Below, piece after piece: positions 37,255 to 46,503 of a DNA stretch of 64,000 bases. Position numbers and translations under genes: made by a program. How positions within the stretch are numbered: the stretch's first letter is position 1; each line of letters starts with the position of its first letter. The DNA lies in contig NZ_PNMA01000001.1 in the NCBI RefSeq assembly GCF_013823385.1, positions 288,135 through 352,134 of the forward strand. Direction: 5' to 3'. Origin of the DNA: Hyphomonas sp. (lineage in GTDB: Bacteria; Pseudomonadota; Alphaproteobacteria; Caulobacterales; Hyphomonadaceae). The notes below the pieces were generated by a model that worked only from the letters and a program-made list of their open reading frames with translations, ran no database searches and had not been told where the DNA came from.

Positions 37255-40200
37255 GTGAGTACGCTTTTCTTCCGCAATGCGCGGCTGACGATCCTGACAA
37301 TTCTGGTCATCCTGATGGGCGGCCTTGGCGCGCTGTTCTCGCTGGCGCGGCAGGAAGACCCCACCCTGGTGGAGCGCTTCGGATCGATTGTCGTGTTCCT
37401 GCCGGGGGCGGACGCGGAGCGGATGGAAGCCCTGGTGGCCCAGCCGCTGGAAGCGGCGCTGATGGAGCTGCCCGAGGTCAAGCAGGTGGACACCATATCG
37501 CGCAGCGGGGTGGTGCAGCTCAGTCTGGATATTCAGGAAGACCTTACTGAAACGGAGGTCGACAATGCCTGGTCGCTGATCCGGCAGAAGGCGGAGCAGG
37601 CCCGCAGATCGTTCCCACCCGGAGCATCCGAGCCGGAAGTGACGCGGCAATATGTGGGCGCCGCCACCATGATCGTCTCGCTGACATGGAATGGGGAGGG
37701 CGAGGCGCCCCTGCCGATCATGCGGCGGCTGGCGCTGGACCTTCAGGACCGGTTTCAGAGGCTGAACGCGACCGAACTGACCCAGACCTACGGGATGCCG
37801 GTTGAGGAAGTGCGTGTCGTGATGGACGCGCAGGCGCTTTCGGCGGCGGGATTGTCGTTCAGCCAGGCGGCCAGCGCCGTGCTGGCGGCGGACTCAAAGA
37901 ACCCGGCAGGGCGCCTGCGCACCGGGGGCGGCACGATTGGCGTTGAGGTGCAGGGCGAGTTCACGAACATTTCCCGGATCGGTGAGGTGCCCGTGCTGCA
38001 GCGGCAGGATGGCAGTTCCCTTCGGCTGGCCGATGTGGCGCGCATCGAGAAGGGGCTGCAGCAGCCTTCCACGCGGGCAGCCTATGAGAACGGGCGCCGG
38101 TCGGTTCTGGTGGCGGCCTATATCTCGCCGGAACAGCGCGTTGATATCTGGTCTGAGAGCGCGCGCCGGGCCGTTTCGGATTTTTCGGTGAACATGCCGC
38201 CGGGCCTTTCGGCAGAAATCGTGTTCGATCAGAGCGTCTATACGCATGACCGGCTGAGCGGGCTGGCGCAGAACCTGCTGATGTCGGCGCTGATTGTCTT
38301 TGCCGTATTGTTCTTCCTGATGGGGTGGCGATCGGCGATTGTGGTTGGCTTTGCCATGCCGCTCACGGTCGGGCTGGTGCTGATCCTGTTCAATGTGTTC
38401 GGGCATCCGTTGCATCAGATGTCGGTGACCGGCCTCGTCATTTCGCTCGGTCTGCTGATCGATAATGCCATCGTGATGGCGGATGATGTCGATCAGTGGC
38501 GGGCCAAGGGATATGGCCGGATGGAAGCGGTGCAGCGCAGCCTGAAACAGTTATTTGCGCCGCTGGCAGCGTCCACGCTGACGACGGTTCTGGCCTTTGC
38601 CCCGATTGCCATGCTGCCGGGGGCGGCGGGCGAGTTCATCGGCATGGTGGGGCTGTCGGTGATCTATGCGATCACGGCCTCCTTCTTCGTGTCGGTGACG
38701 ATTGTTCCGGCCATGGCGGGCTGGTTTGACCGGACGCGGGGCTGGGAGAAGGGCGAGGCGCGCCGGCCGAGACGCTGGTGGCGCGACGGGGTGACCTTCG
38801 ATTTCCTGTCTGACGGATATCGCGGCACAATCGAGGCCGCGCTCCGCTTTCCGCCGCTGGGGATATTCATCGGAGTGGCGCCAGCGGTGCTGGGGCTGGT
38901 GCTGACCAGCACATTGCCGCAGCAATTCTTTCCGCCTACGGAGCGGGACCAGTTTCAGGTGGTGCTGAACCTGCCGTATGAGGCCGATATTGCCGACGCT
39001 GAAGCAATCACCCGCCGGGCGACGGAATTCATCCTGGCGCGCGAGGGCGTCAAATCCGTGACCTGGGTTCTGGGGGAACCGTCGCCGCGGGTTTACTACA
39101 ATGCCATCAACAACACGCAGGGTGTGGAGGGATTTGCCTCCGGCTGGGTGCAACTCGACAGCGCGGCGCGCACGCATGAGATCATCAACGAGATCCAGCA
39201 GCAGGTGCGGCAGGAGTTTCCATCGGCACGCTTTCTGACGCTGCCGTTCGAGCAGGGGCCACCGGCGGATGCGCCGATCGAGCTGATCCTGCGCGGGCCC
39301 GATATCGAAACGCTGAACCGGCTGGGCAATGAGCTGCGCACCCTTCTGGGCGAGACGCCGGGGGTGACCTATACGGTCGGGTCGCTGCAGCTGGGGGCGC
39401 CGACGCTGCGGCTGAATGCCGATGAAGCGGCGGCCGCGATGGCGGGCTCACGGCTGGTGGATCTGGCAACCAGTCTGAATACGGAGCTTGAGGGTATCCG
39501 GGCCGGGTCCATCCTGGAGGGGACAGAGGAACTGCCCGTCCGCATCATCGGATCGGACAGCCGGCGGCAGTCGCTTTCCGATCTTCAGTCCAAGACCATC
39601 GGCGCGATGCCGGGCATGACGGGGACGCCGATTTCGGCGCTGGGCGCGATGGAGCTGACGCCGAAAACCGGCACGATCTCGCGGCGCGACGGGCTGCGGA
39701 TCAACCAGGTTCTGGCTTATCTTGAGCCGTACACGCTGCCGGCGCCGACGATGGCGGAGTTCCAGAAACGGCTGGCGGCGAGCGGATTTGTCCTGCCGCC
39801 GGAATACGACATGCTGATCGGGGGAGAAGCGGAAAATTCCGGGGAGGCCATTGGCAATCTGGCGAGCGTGGGCATTCCGCTGATGCTGGTGATGGCCGGG
39901 GCGATCACGCTGGTGTTCAACTCGTTCCGGATGATGCTGCTGATCGTGACGGCCGGGATATTGTCGGTCTTCTATGCCTTCTTCGGGGTGTGGCTGTTCA
40001 ATCTGCCGTTCGGATTCAATGCCATTGTCGGCAGCCTTGGACTGTTCGGGATTGCGATCAACAGCTCGATTGTGGTGCTCTCCTTGCTGCAGGCGAATGA
40101 GGACGCGCTGGCCGATGATGTGATCGCGCAGCGGGAGGTGGTGGTGGACGCCACCCGGCATATCATTGCCACCACGCTGACCACGATGGCGGGATTTGTG

Positions 40201-40383
40201 CCGATCCTGATGACGGGCGATACTTTCTGGCTGCCACTGGCAGCCGGGATTGCCGGCGGGGTCGGCGGATCGGCGCTGATCGGGCTTTATTTCACCCCGG
40301 CCGTGTTCCGCATCATGACCATGAAACCTGTCCGGCGGATGCTGGGCTACCGGCCGCCGCCGCGCCAGCAGCCGGCCGAATAG
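37255..40383 (+). CDS. RND efflux permease (AcrB family)
   Basis: RQEDP N-terminus, LGLLIDNAIV TM4, and RHIIATTLTT TM11. GTG start after GGAGGG. Confidence 0.93.
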   Translation: MSTLFFRNARLTILTILVILMGGLGALFSLARQEDPTLVERFGSIVVFLPGADAERMEALVAQPLEAALMELPEVKQVDTISRSGVVQLSLDIQEDLTETEVDNAWSLIRQKAEQARRSFPPGASEPEVTRQYVGAATMIVSLTWNGEGEAPLPIMRRLALDLQDRFQRLNATELTQTYGMPVEEVRVVMDAQALSAAGLSFSQAASAVLAADSKNPAGRLRTGGGTIGVEVQGEFTNISRIGEVPVLQRQDGSSLRLADVARIEKGLQQPSTRAAYENGRRSVLVAAYISPEQRVDIWSESARRAVSDFSVNMPPGLSAEIVFDQSVYTHDRLSGLAQNLLMSALIVFAVLFFLMGWRSAIVVGFAMPLTVGLVLILFNVFGHPLHQMSVTGLVISLGLLIDNAIVMADDVDQWRAKGYGRMEAVQRSLKQLFAPLAASTLTTVLAFAPIAMLPGAAGEFIGMVGLSVIYAITASFFVSVTIVPAMAGWFDRTRGWEKGEARRPRRWWRDGVTFDFLSDGYRGTIEAALRFPPLGIFIGVAPAVLGLVLTSTLPQQFFPPTERDQFQVVLNLPYEADIADAEAITRRATEFILAREGVKSVTWVLGEPSPRVYYNAINNTQGVEGFASGWVQLDSAARTHEIINEIQQQVRQEFPSARFLTLPFEQGPPADAPIELILRGPDIETLNRLGNELRTLLGETPGVTYTVGSLQLGAPTLRLNADEAAAAMAGSRLVDLATSLNTELEGIRAGSILEGTEELPVRIIGSDSRRQSLSDLQSKTIGAMPGMTGTPISALGAMELTPKTGTISRRDGLRINQVLAYLEPYTLPAPTMAEFQKRLAASGFVLPPEYDMLIGGEAENSGEAIGNLASVGIPLMLVMAGAITLVFNSFRMMLLIVTAGILSVFYAFFGVWLFNLPFGFNAIVGSLGLFGIAINSSIVVLSLLQANEDALADDVIAQREVVVDATRHIIATTLTTMAGFVPILMTGDTFWLPLAAGIAGGVGGSALIGLYFTPAVFRIMTMKPVRRMLGYRPPPRQQPAE

Positions 40384-40454
40384 GCAAAAGGAATTGAAAC
40401 ATCGCTTTTGCGATGCCATCTCAACCCCCAACAGATCACAGAGAGGCAGCCAGA

Positions 40455-41255
40455 ATGGAAAATCCGGATATCGGCGCGCCGCCCCCCGCCTGGAAAAGGT
40501 TGAGATTTGAGGCCCAGGCTGCGGCGGCAGAGGAGCCGACGCTGGCGAGCTATCTGAATGCCGCCATCCTGTCACACGACACGCTGGGGCAAGCGCTTTC
40601 TTTCCATCTGGCCGAAAAGCTCTCCGGGCCGGGCATGGGGCCGCAGCAGGTGCGGCATATCCTTTCGGCGGTTTATGACAGCGCGCCATCTCTGATCGAT
40701 TACGCCGAAGCGGACATGCAGGCGGTGATCGAGCGCGACCCTGCAGCGCGCGGGATGCTGCAGCCTTTCCTGTTCTTCAAGGGCTTCCTGGCGCTGCAGA
40801 CCCACCGGATTGCACATGAGCTGTGGCGGCAGGGGCGGGAAACGCTGGCCTTTCATTTCCAGAGCCGCGCTTCGGAGCTGTTCGGTGTGGATATTCACCC
40901 CGCCGCCCGCATCGGCCGCGCTGTCATGCTCGACCATGCCTCAGGCATCACCATTGGCGAGACGGCGATTGTGGGCGAAGGATGCTCGCTGCTGCATGGC
41001 GTCACCCTGGGCGGCACGGGCAAGGAAGTGGGCGACCGGCACCCGAAGATCGGGCGCGGTGTGCTCTTGTCTGTCGGCGCGAAGATCCTGGGCAACATCA
41101 CCATTGGGGACGAGGCGAAGGTTGCCGCCGGCAGTGTCGTGCTGAAGGATGTTCCGGCGCGCTGCACCGTGGCGGGCGTTCCGGCCAAGATCGTTTCCGG
41201 GCCCACCTGCTGCCAGCCGGCGCAGAGCATGGATCAGGCGATCCCCGAGACTTAG
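40455..41255 (+). CDS. cysE: Serine O-acetyltransferase
   Basis: ERDPA, FFKGFLALQTHR, VDIHPAARIG, LDHASG, and TLGGTGK..DRHPKIG. Confidence 0.97.
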   Translation: MENPDIGAPPPAWKRLRFEAQAAAAEEPTLASYLNAAILSHDTLGQALSFHLAEKLSGPGMGPQQVRHILSAVYDSAPSLIDYAEADMQAVIERDPAARGMLQPFLFFKGFLALQTHRIAHELWRQGRETLAFHFQSRASELFGVDIHPAARIGRAVMLDHASGITIGETAIVGEGCSLLHGVTLGGTGKEVGDRHPKIGRGVLLSVGAKILGNITIGDEAKVAAGSVVLKDVPARCTVAGVPAKIVSGPTCCQPAQSMDQAIPET

Positions 41256-41357
41256 GCAGACTAGGCTTCACAGGGCGTTGCAGCCCGTGCATTGCACTGG
41301 AAGCGAAACTGGCTAGGTTCCGCGCCAGCAAGTTCAGATAATACAAGGAGTGCCGCC

Positions 41358-41570
41358 ATGGAGCGCGAAGAAACATTGCGTCTTGAGGCATATCTCAAGG
41401 AAAAGCTTCATCCCGGCCTGCGCCTGCTGGCGCGGGACAAGGCCAATGACTCGGTTGAGGTTTACCTTGGCGCAGAGTTCATTGCGGTCGTCTACAAGGA
41501 CGAAGACGAGGGCGAGACCTCCTACCAGTTCATGATGACGGTCCTCAAAGAGGATATCATGGGCGGTTGA
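41358..41570 (+). CDS. Small conserved protein (DUF3126-like)
   Basis: RBS AAGGAG; LEAYLK...DSVEVYLGAEFIAVVYKDEDEGETSY. Commonly found next to cysE. Confidence 0.8.
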   Translation: MEREETLRLEAYLKEKLHPGLRLLARDKANDSVEVYLGAEFIAVVYKDEDEGETSYQFMMTVLKEDIMGG

Positions 41571-41582
41571 GGCCGCCCGGCA

Positions 41583-42524
41583 TCAGCTATCCCGGTGCGC
41601 GGCGCGCGCCAGCCTGTCATTGATGGCTTCGCCGAGCCCTTCCTGCGGAATGGGCGCCACGGCGATGCGGTCAAACCGGGCGTCCAGCGCGCGCAGCATG
41701 GCAAACAGCTTGGTGGCGGCTTCGGCGAGGTCTCCCTCCGGGGAGAGGTTGAGACCCTCGCGAACGCCCGGCCCGAAACCCAGATAGCCTTCGCCAGACT
41801 CGGGCGCTTCCGCGTTCAGGCGCAGGCGTGCCTTTGGGGCATAATGGGATTTGAGCATGCCGGGCGCGGAAATGCCGCCGCCGCTGGGGCGCGCTAGCGG
41901 CTTGCCGATGAAGGCTTCCAGCCTGTCTGCCGGGACAGCGCCAGACCGCAGCAGGGTGACGGCATCCCCCTCCACGGCAATGATGGTCGACTCGATGCCG
42001 ACATCGCACGGGCCGCCATCGAGGATGAGGTCAATCCGGTCTGCCAGGTCAGCGGCAACGTGATCGGCGCGCGTGGGGCTGACATGGCCCGACCGGTTTG
42101 CCGAGGGCGCGACCACCGGGCGGTCAAATTCCTTGATCAAGGCATTCGCGGCCATGTGGGACGGGCAGCGCAGGCCGACCGTCTGCAGGCCGGAGCGGGC
42201 GAGATCGCAGACCGTTCCACCCGGAATGACGGGCAACACCAGCGTCAGCGGGCCGGGCCAGAATTCCTGGGCGAGGCTTGCCGCAAGGGGCGAGAAAACC
42301 GCCTCCCGCATGGCCATCGGCAGCCCGGATACATGCGCGATCAGGGGGTTGAAACGCGGGCGGCCCTTCGCCTCGTAAAGGCGCACGACGGCTTCGGGGT
42401 TGGAGGCGTCCGCCGCCAGGCCGTAAACGGTCTCGGTCGGCATGGCGACAAGGCCGCCCTCATTCAGGATTTCCACCGCCAAAGCGAGGGTTTCGGGCAG
42501 GACGGGAACGATGGGCGCGGACAT
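41583..42524 (-). CDS. sua5: L-threonylcarbamoyladenylate synthase (Sua5/TsaC with Sua5 C-domain)
   Basis: PTETVYGL, KGRPRFNPLIAH, APSANRSG, GIESTI, and APGMLKSHYAP. Confidence 0.95.
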   Translation of the reverse strand: MSAPIVPVLPETLALAVEILNEGGLVAMPTETVYGLAADASNPEAVVRLYEAKGRPRFNPLIAHVSGLPMAMREAVFSPLAASLAQEFWPGPLTLVLPVIPGGTVCDLARSGLQTVGLRCPSHMAANALIKEFDRPVVAPSANRSGHVSPTRADHVAADLADRIDLILDGGPCDVGIESTIIAVEGDAVTLLRSGAVPADRLEAFIGKPLARPSGGGISAPGMLKSHYAPKARLRLNAEAPESGEGYLGFGPGVREGLNLSPEGDLAEAATKLFAMLRALDARFDRIAVAPIPQEGLGEAINDRLARAAHRDS

Positions 42525-42586
42525 GCCGTCTCGCTTAGCACTGCGCCCGGCGGGGTCAATGAGGCGAGGCGGCTGGCTGGCCCAGC

Positions 42587-43792
42587 CTAGTTGGTGCGGG
42601 TTGCCTGGCCGGTGACCGTGACGGTGATTTCATCAGAGACCCAGCTGCCGCTGGCATCTGACACCTGGCCAAGATCGAGCGCCTTGCGGGAGAAGACGGC
42701 CTTTCCCTCGAGGGTGGCCTGGTCGCCATTGATCCTCAGCTGGAAATCCAGCGGGACGCTGGTTTCCCTGCCTTTGAGTGTCATTGTGGCGGTGGCGCTG
42801 TAGGTGTCTTCGCCTCTGGCCTGAAAGCCGGAAAGGGCAACGGTTGCCTGCGGGAAGGCGCCGGTGTTGAACCATTCAGCTTCACGCAGCGTGGAATCGT
42901 AGAGCTTGGTGCCGGTGGTGACGCTGCCAGTCTCGACCATGACAGTGACGGCTGAAGCCGCAAGTTCCTCAGGATAGAAGCCGACATCGGCGGACCAGTT
43001 CTGGAATTTGCCGCCAAACGGTTTGCCATCATAGACGCCGGAGAAGCCGATTTCCGAGACGGCATAGTCCACGGCCCAGTTGCCTGTTGCTTTCGTGCCC
43101 GAGGCGGTTTGTGCCGGGTTGGTGCCCGAGCCGTTGGCGCCGATGAGCGGCACTGCCGCGATCAGCGCGAAGAGAACGAGGCTGCTGCCGAAGGCGATTA
43201 CCGCGCCGCGGGCTGGCGGGGAGGGCGGCGATGTCTTGCCGAAGAGGCCGGGGACCATCCGCTTGAGGACGCCTTCTTCGCCGCCAAATTCGTGCTTCAC
43301 GGCGCCGGCGATGTGCAGACCCAGCAGCACAATGATGACCCAGGCGCCCTTGGAGTGAACATTCTCCACGATGCCATGAAGCAGCTCGTTGCCCTGGCGC
43401 AGGCCGGAAGTGAAGGGCAGGTGGGGCCAGTCCACCGCCCCGAAGAGAACGGTTGAAATCTGGAAGGGGGAGATGGACACGAGCAGCCAGCCGGCCAGCG
43501 GAATGATGACCATCAGGGCGTAGAAAGCGATGTGCACCGCGCTCGACAGCTTCTGTTCCCATGATTTCAGCGTGCTAGGTTCAGGAGGTGGGGGGTTGAG
43601 CAGCCGCCAGGCGATCCTGGCGACTGTCAGAAAGAGAAGCGTGATCCCCACCGACTTGTGCAGCTGATACCGGACCTCGTTCTCGTCCATGTTCCAGCCC
43701 AGCCAGATCATGAAGAGGATGAGGAGCGCCATGGCCCAGTGAAGGGCAATGGCAACCGACGTATAGCGCGCAGCCGGTGAGGAGGATGTCAT
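42587..43792 (-). CDS. Cytochrome b561 - YceI fusion
   Basis: LHW, HKSVG, H..FY and HIAGAVKH heme helices, then a YceI barrel (SEIGFSG, FPQAT, SRKALDLG). Confidence 0.9.
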   Translation of the reverse strand: MTSSSPAARYTSVAIALHWAMALLILFMIWLGWNMDENEVRYQLHKSVGITLLFLTVARIAWRLLNPPPPEPSTLKSWEQKLSSAVHIAFYALMVIIPLAGWLLVSISPFQISTVLFGAVDWPHLPFTSGLRQGNELLHGIVENVHSKGAWVIIVLLGLHIAGAVKHEFGGEEGVLKRMVPGLFGKTSPPSPPARGAVIAFGSSLVLFALIAAVPLIGANGSGTNPAQTASGTKATGNWAVDYAVSEIGFSGVYDGKPFGGKFQNWSADVGFYPEELAASAVTVMVETGSVTTGTKLYDSTLREAEWFNTGAFPQATVALSGFQARGEDTYSATATMTLKGRETSVPLDFQLRINGDQATLEGKAVFSRKALDLGQVSDASGSWVSDEITVTVTGQATRTN

Positions 43793-43798
43793 CTTGGC

Positions 43799-44521
43799 CT
43801 ACTCTGCAGGGGCCGGTTCAGCCGGCGCAACAACCTGCTGGAACTCGGTTTCAATAATGACTTCAACTTCATCACCGATGTTCGGGGCATACGTAGCATT
43901 ACCGAAATCCGACCGTTTCAGGACCGTTCTGGCGGAGAAACCGATCTTGTCGGCGTCCGGGGCCCAGGGGAAGTTTGCCTTGCCGTTATAGGTCACATCC
44001 AGGGTAACCGGCCGGGTCACGCCGAGGAAGGTGAGATCGCCGGTCACCTTGCCGGTGCTGGCGGTTTCCTGGGTGATCGAGGTGCTGGTGAAGGTGATTT
44101 GCGGGAAAGCGTCACCATTCAGCCAGTTGGAGTTACGGCCAAGATCTTCGTTCCAGGTCGCGTAGGGGCTGTCGGCATGGCTGGCTTTGTAGTCTGCCGG
44201 ATAGTCGGTTTCGACCGAGAGGGGGTCGATGGTGACGGTGATGCTGTTGGCGGCTGGGTCTTCCGGGTTGAACTGCAGCGTGGCATCCACGGTCTTGAAG
44301 CGGCCGGTGTACTGGGAGAGGCCAAAATGATCGACGCGCCAGGTGACGGAGGTGTGCGTCGGGTCGATGGCGTAGGTGCCGGCCGCGCCGTATTCGACGT
44401 TCTCGTCAGCCGCCGGTGCAGCCGCTTCCGGGGCCGGGGCTGCGGGGGCAGAAGCTGCCGGGGTGGTTTCAGAGCAGGCCGCCAGCATAAGCGCGCTGGC
44501 GGAGATGAGCAGAAGTCGCAT
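43799..44521 (-). CDS. YceI-family lipoprotein
   Basis: Lipobox LAA-C, Ala/Pro linker, YAIDPTHTSV, HFGLS, GDLTFLGVTRPV, and KRSDFG. Confidence 0.92.
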   Translation of the reverse strand: MRLLLISASALMLAACSETTPAASAPAAPAPEAAAPAADENVEYGAAGTYAIDPTHTSVTWRVDHFGLSQYTGRFKTVDATLQFNPEDPAANSITVTIDPLSVETDYPADYKASHADSPYATWNEDLGRNSNWLNGDAFPQITFTSTSITQETASTGKVTGDLTFLGVTRPVTLDVTYNGKANFPWAPDADKIGFSARTVLKRSDFGNATYAPNIGDEVEVIIETEFQQVVAPAEPAPAE

Positions 44522-44642
44522 GGAATCAGTCCCTCCAATTGCCGTATGGGAACACACTAACTAATGCACACACCTACAGTGTGAACCTCAACTTTAACAT
44601 CCGCGCGACATATCATTTATTCAGAAACACGAAGGGATCGAC

Positions 44643-46412
44643 ATGGCTTACGACGCTCCGGTCAGCGATATTGAGTTTGCCTTGAACGCTTTTGCGCGGA
44701 TTGAGCGGCTGCAGGGGCTGCCGGGCCATGAGGCGTATGATCCCGATCTGGTGCGCCCGATCCTTGAGGAGGCCGCCAAGCTGGCGCGCGATGTGCTGGC
44801 GCCGCTGAACCCGGTGGGGGATGCGCATGGGGCCCTCCTCACGGGGGAGGGTGTGATTGCGCCGCCAGGATTTGGCGACGCGTACAAGGCCTTCGTGGAA
44901 GGCGGCTGGATGGGGCTGGCAGCGCCCGAAGAATGGGGCGGGCAGGGCCTGCCCAAGGCGCTGGCGCTGGCCGTGATGGAAATGTTCCATGGCGCCAATA
45001 TGGCGTTCGGCCTTTGCCCGATGCTGAGCTTCGGGGCGATTGAGGCGCTGCTGGCGCATGGCACCGATGCGCAGCGCGCGGCCTATCTGCCAAGGCTCGT
45101 CTCGGGCGAGTGGACAGGCACGATGAACCTGACTGAGCCGCAGGCAGGCAGTGATGTCGGCGCCCTCAAGACCAAAGCCGAGCCCAATGAGGATGGCAGC
45201 TATTCGATCACGGGTCAGAAAATCTACATCACCTGGGGCGATCATGACATGGCTGAGAATATCATCCATCTCGTGCTGGCGCGCCTGCCGGATGCGCCGG
45301 CGGGGTCGAAGGGTATTTCGCTGTTCATTGTTCCGAAATTCCTTCTGGATGCGGATGGAAATCCCGGCGCGCGCAACAGTCTGCGCTGCATCGGCCTTGA
45401 GAAGAAAATGGGCATCCATGGCAGCCCGACCTGTGTGATGGAGTATGCGGGAGCCAAGGGCTGGCTGATCGGGGAGGCCAATCGCGGGCTGGCCTGCATG
45501 TTCACGATGATGAACTCGGCACGCCTGAATGTCGGCCTGGAAGGCGTGGCAGTGGGCGAGGCGGCGTTCCAGACGGCCTTTGCCTATGCGCAGGAACGCA
45601 AGCAGGGCGCCGCCGCAGGCGTCACCGGCCCGGCGCCGATCCTGCATCATGCCGATGTACGCCGTACACTGACGACCATGCGGGCGAAAGTCGCTGCGGC
45701 CCGGGCGATCTGTTATGCCTGCGGTGTGGCGGCGGACCTTGCCCACAGCGCCCCCGATCCGGATGTGCGGGCGGCGGCGAAGATGCGGGAAGACCTGCTG
45801 ACCCCCATCGCCAAGGCCTGGAGCACGGATGTGGGCGTGGAGGTGGCGAGCCTCGGCGTGCAGGTGCATGGCGGCATGGGCTTCATGAACGAGACGCTTG
45901 CTGCGCAGCTTTACCGGGATGCCCGGATTGCGCCGATCTATGAGGGCACTAATGGCATTCAGGCGATCGACCTTGTTGGCCGCAAACTCTCGGGCACCAA
46001 GGGCGCGTCGATGCAGGCAATGATCGGGGAGATCGAAGAAACCGTGCGTCAGGCCCGCGCCACGAATGATCCGCAGCTGGTGCAGATTGCCGACCGGTTG
46101 AAAGCCGCGTCCGCTGCGTTGTCCGAGGCGAGCGACTGGATGGTGAAGACGCTGGCCGACGAGCCGGAGAAGGGCCTTGCAGGCGCAACGGAGTATCTGG
46201 CGCTGGCGGGTGATGTGATCGGTGGGCATTTCCTGGCGCTGGGCGCGATTGCGGCGCGCGGCGGGCAGGACATGGACCAGCGGGCGCGGCAGCTGGCGCT
46301 GGCGGGCTTCTTTGCGGAGACGGCATTGGCCTCGGCACCGGGGCGCGTGCCGGCCATCACGGAAGGGGGGGCGCGTTTCCTGGAGGGCAGCAAGGCGCTG
46401 TTTGGGATCTAG
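44643..46412 (+). CDS. Acyl-CoA dehydrogenase (long, about 590 aa type)
   Basis: GTMNLTEPQAGSD, GQKIYIT, EKKMGIHGSPTC, HGGMGF, and IYEGTNGIQA. Confidence 0.93.
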   Translation: MAYDAPVSDIEFALNAFARIERLQGLPGHEAYDPDLVRPILEEAAKLARDVLAPLNPVGDAHGALLTGEGVIAPPGFGDAYKAFVEGGWMGLAAPEEWGGQGLPKALALAVMEMFHGANMAFGLCPMLSFGAIEALLAHGTDAQRAAYLPRLVSGEWTGTMNLTEPQAGSDVGALKTKAEPNEDGSYSITGQKIYITWGDHDMAENIIHLVLARLPDAPAGSKGISLFIVPKFLLDADGNPGARNSLRCIGLEKKMGIHGSPTCVMEYAGAKGWLIGEANRGLACMFTMMNSARLNVGLEGVAVGEAAFQTAFAYAQERKQGAAAGVTGPAPILHHADVRRTLTTMRAKVAAARAICYACGVAADLAHSAPDPDVRAAAKMREDLLTPIAKAWSTDVGVEVASLGVQVHGGMGFMNETLAAQLYRDARIAPIYEGTNGIQAIDLVGRKLSGTKGASMQAMIGEIEETVRQARATNDPQLVQIADRLKAASAALSEASDWMVKTLADEPEKGLAGATEYLALAGDVIGGHFLALGAIAARGGQDMDQRARQLALAGFFAETALASAPGRVPAITEGGARFLEGSKALFGI

Positions 46413-46503
46413 CGCCCAACGCCCTGTGCCTGCGGGGCTGTTGTTGATGGTTTGAGCAGAGCCCCGTAAGAGGGGCGCTGACCCCGAGGGAGCAAACCGG
46501 CGC

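Noticed and set aside
35985-37496. 503-aa minus-strand ORF
   Set aside because: Antisense shadow of the MFP gene.
46413-46500. Possible structured RNA between the acyl-CoA dehydrogenase and rluF (GCGGGGCT/AGCCCCGT stem)
   Set aside because: Only a short GC-rich stem, with no recognisable riboswitch or ncRNA motif.
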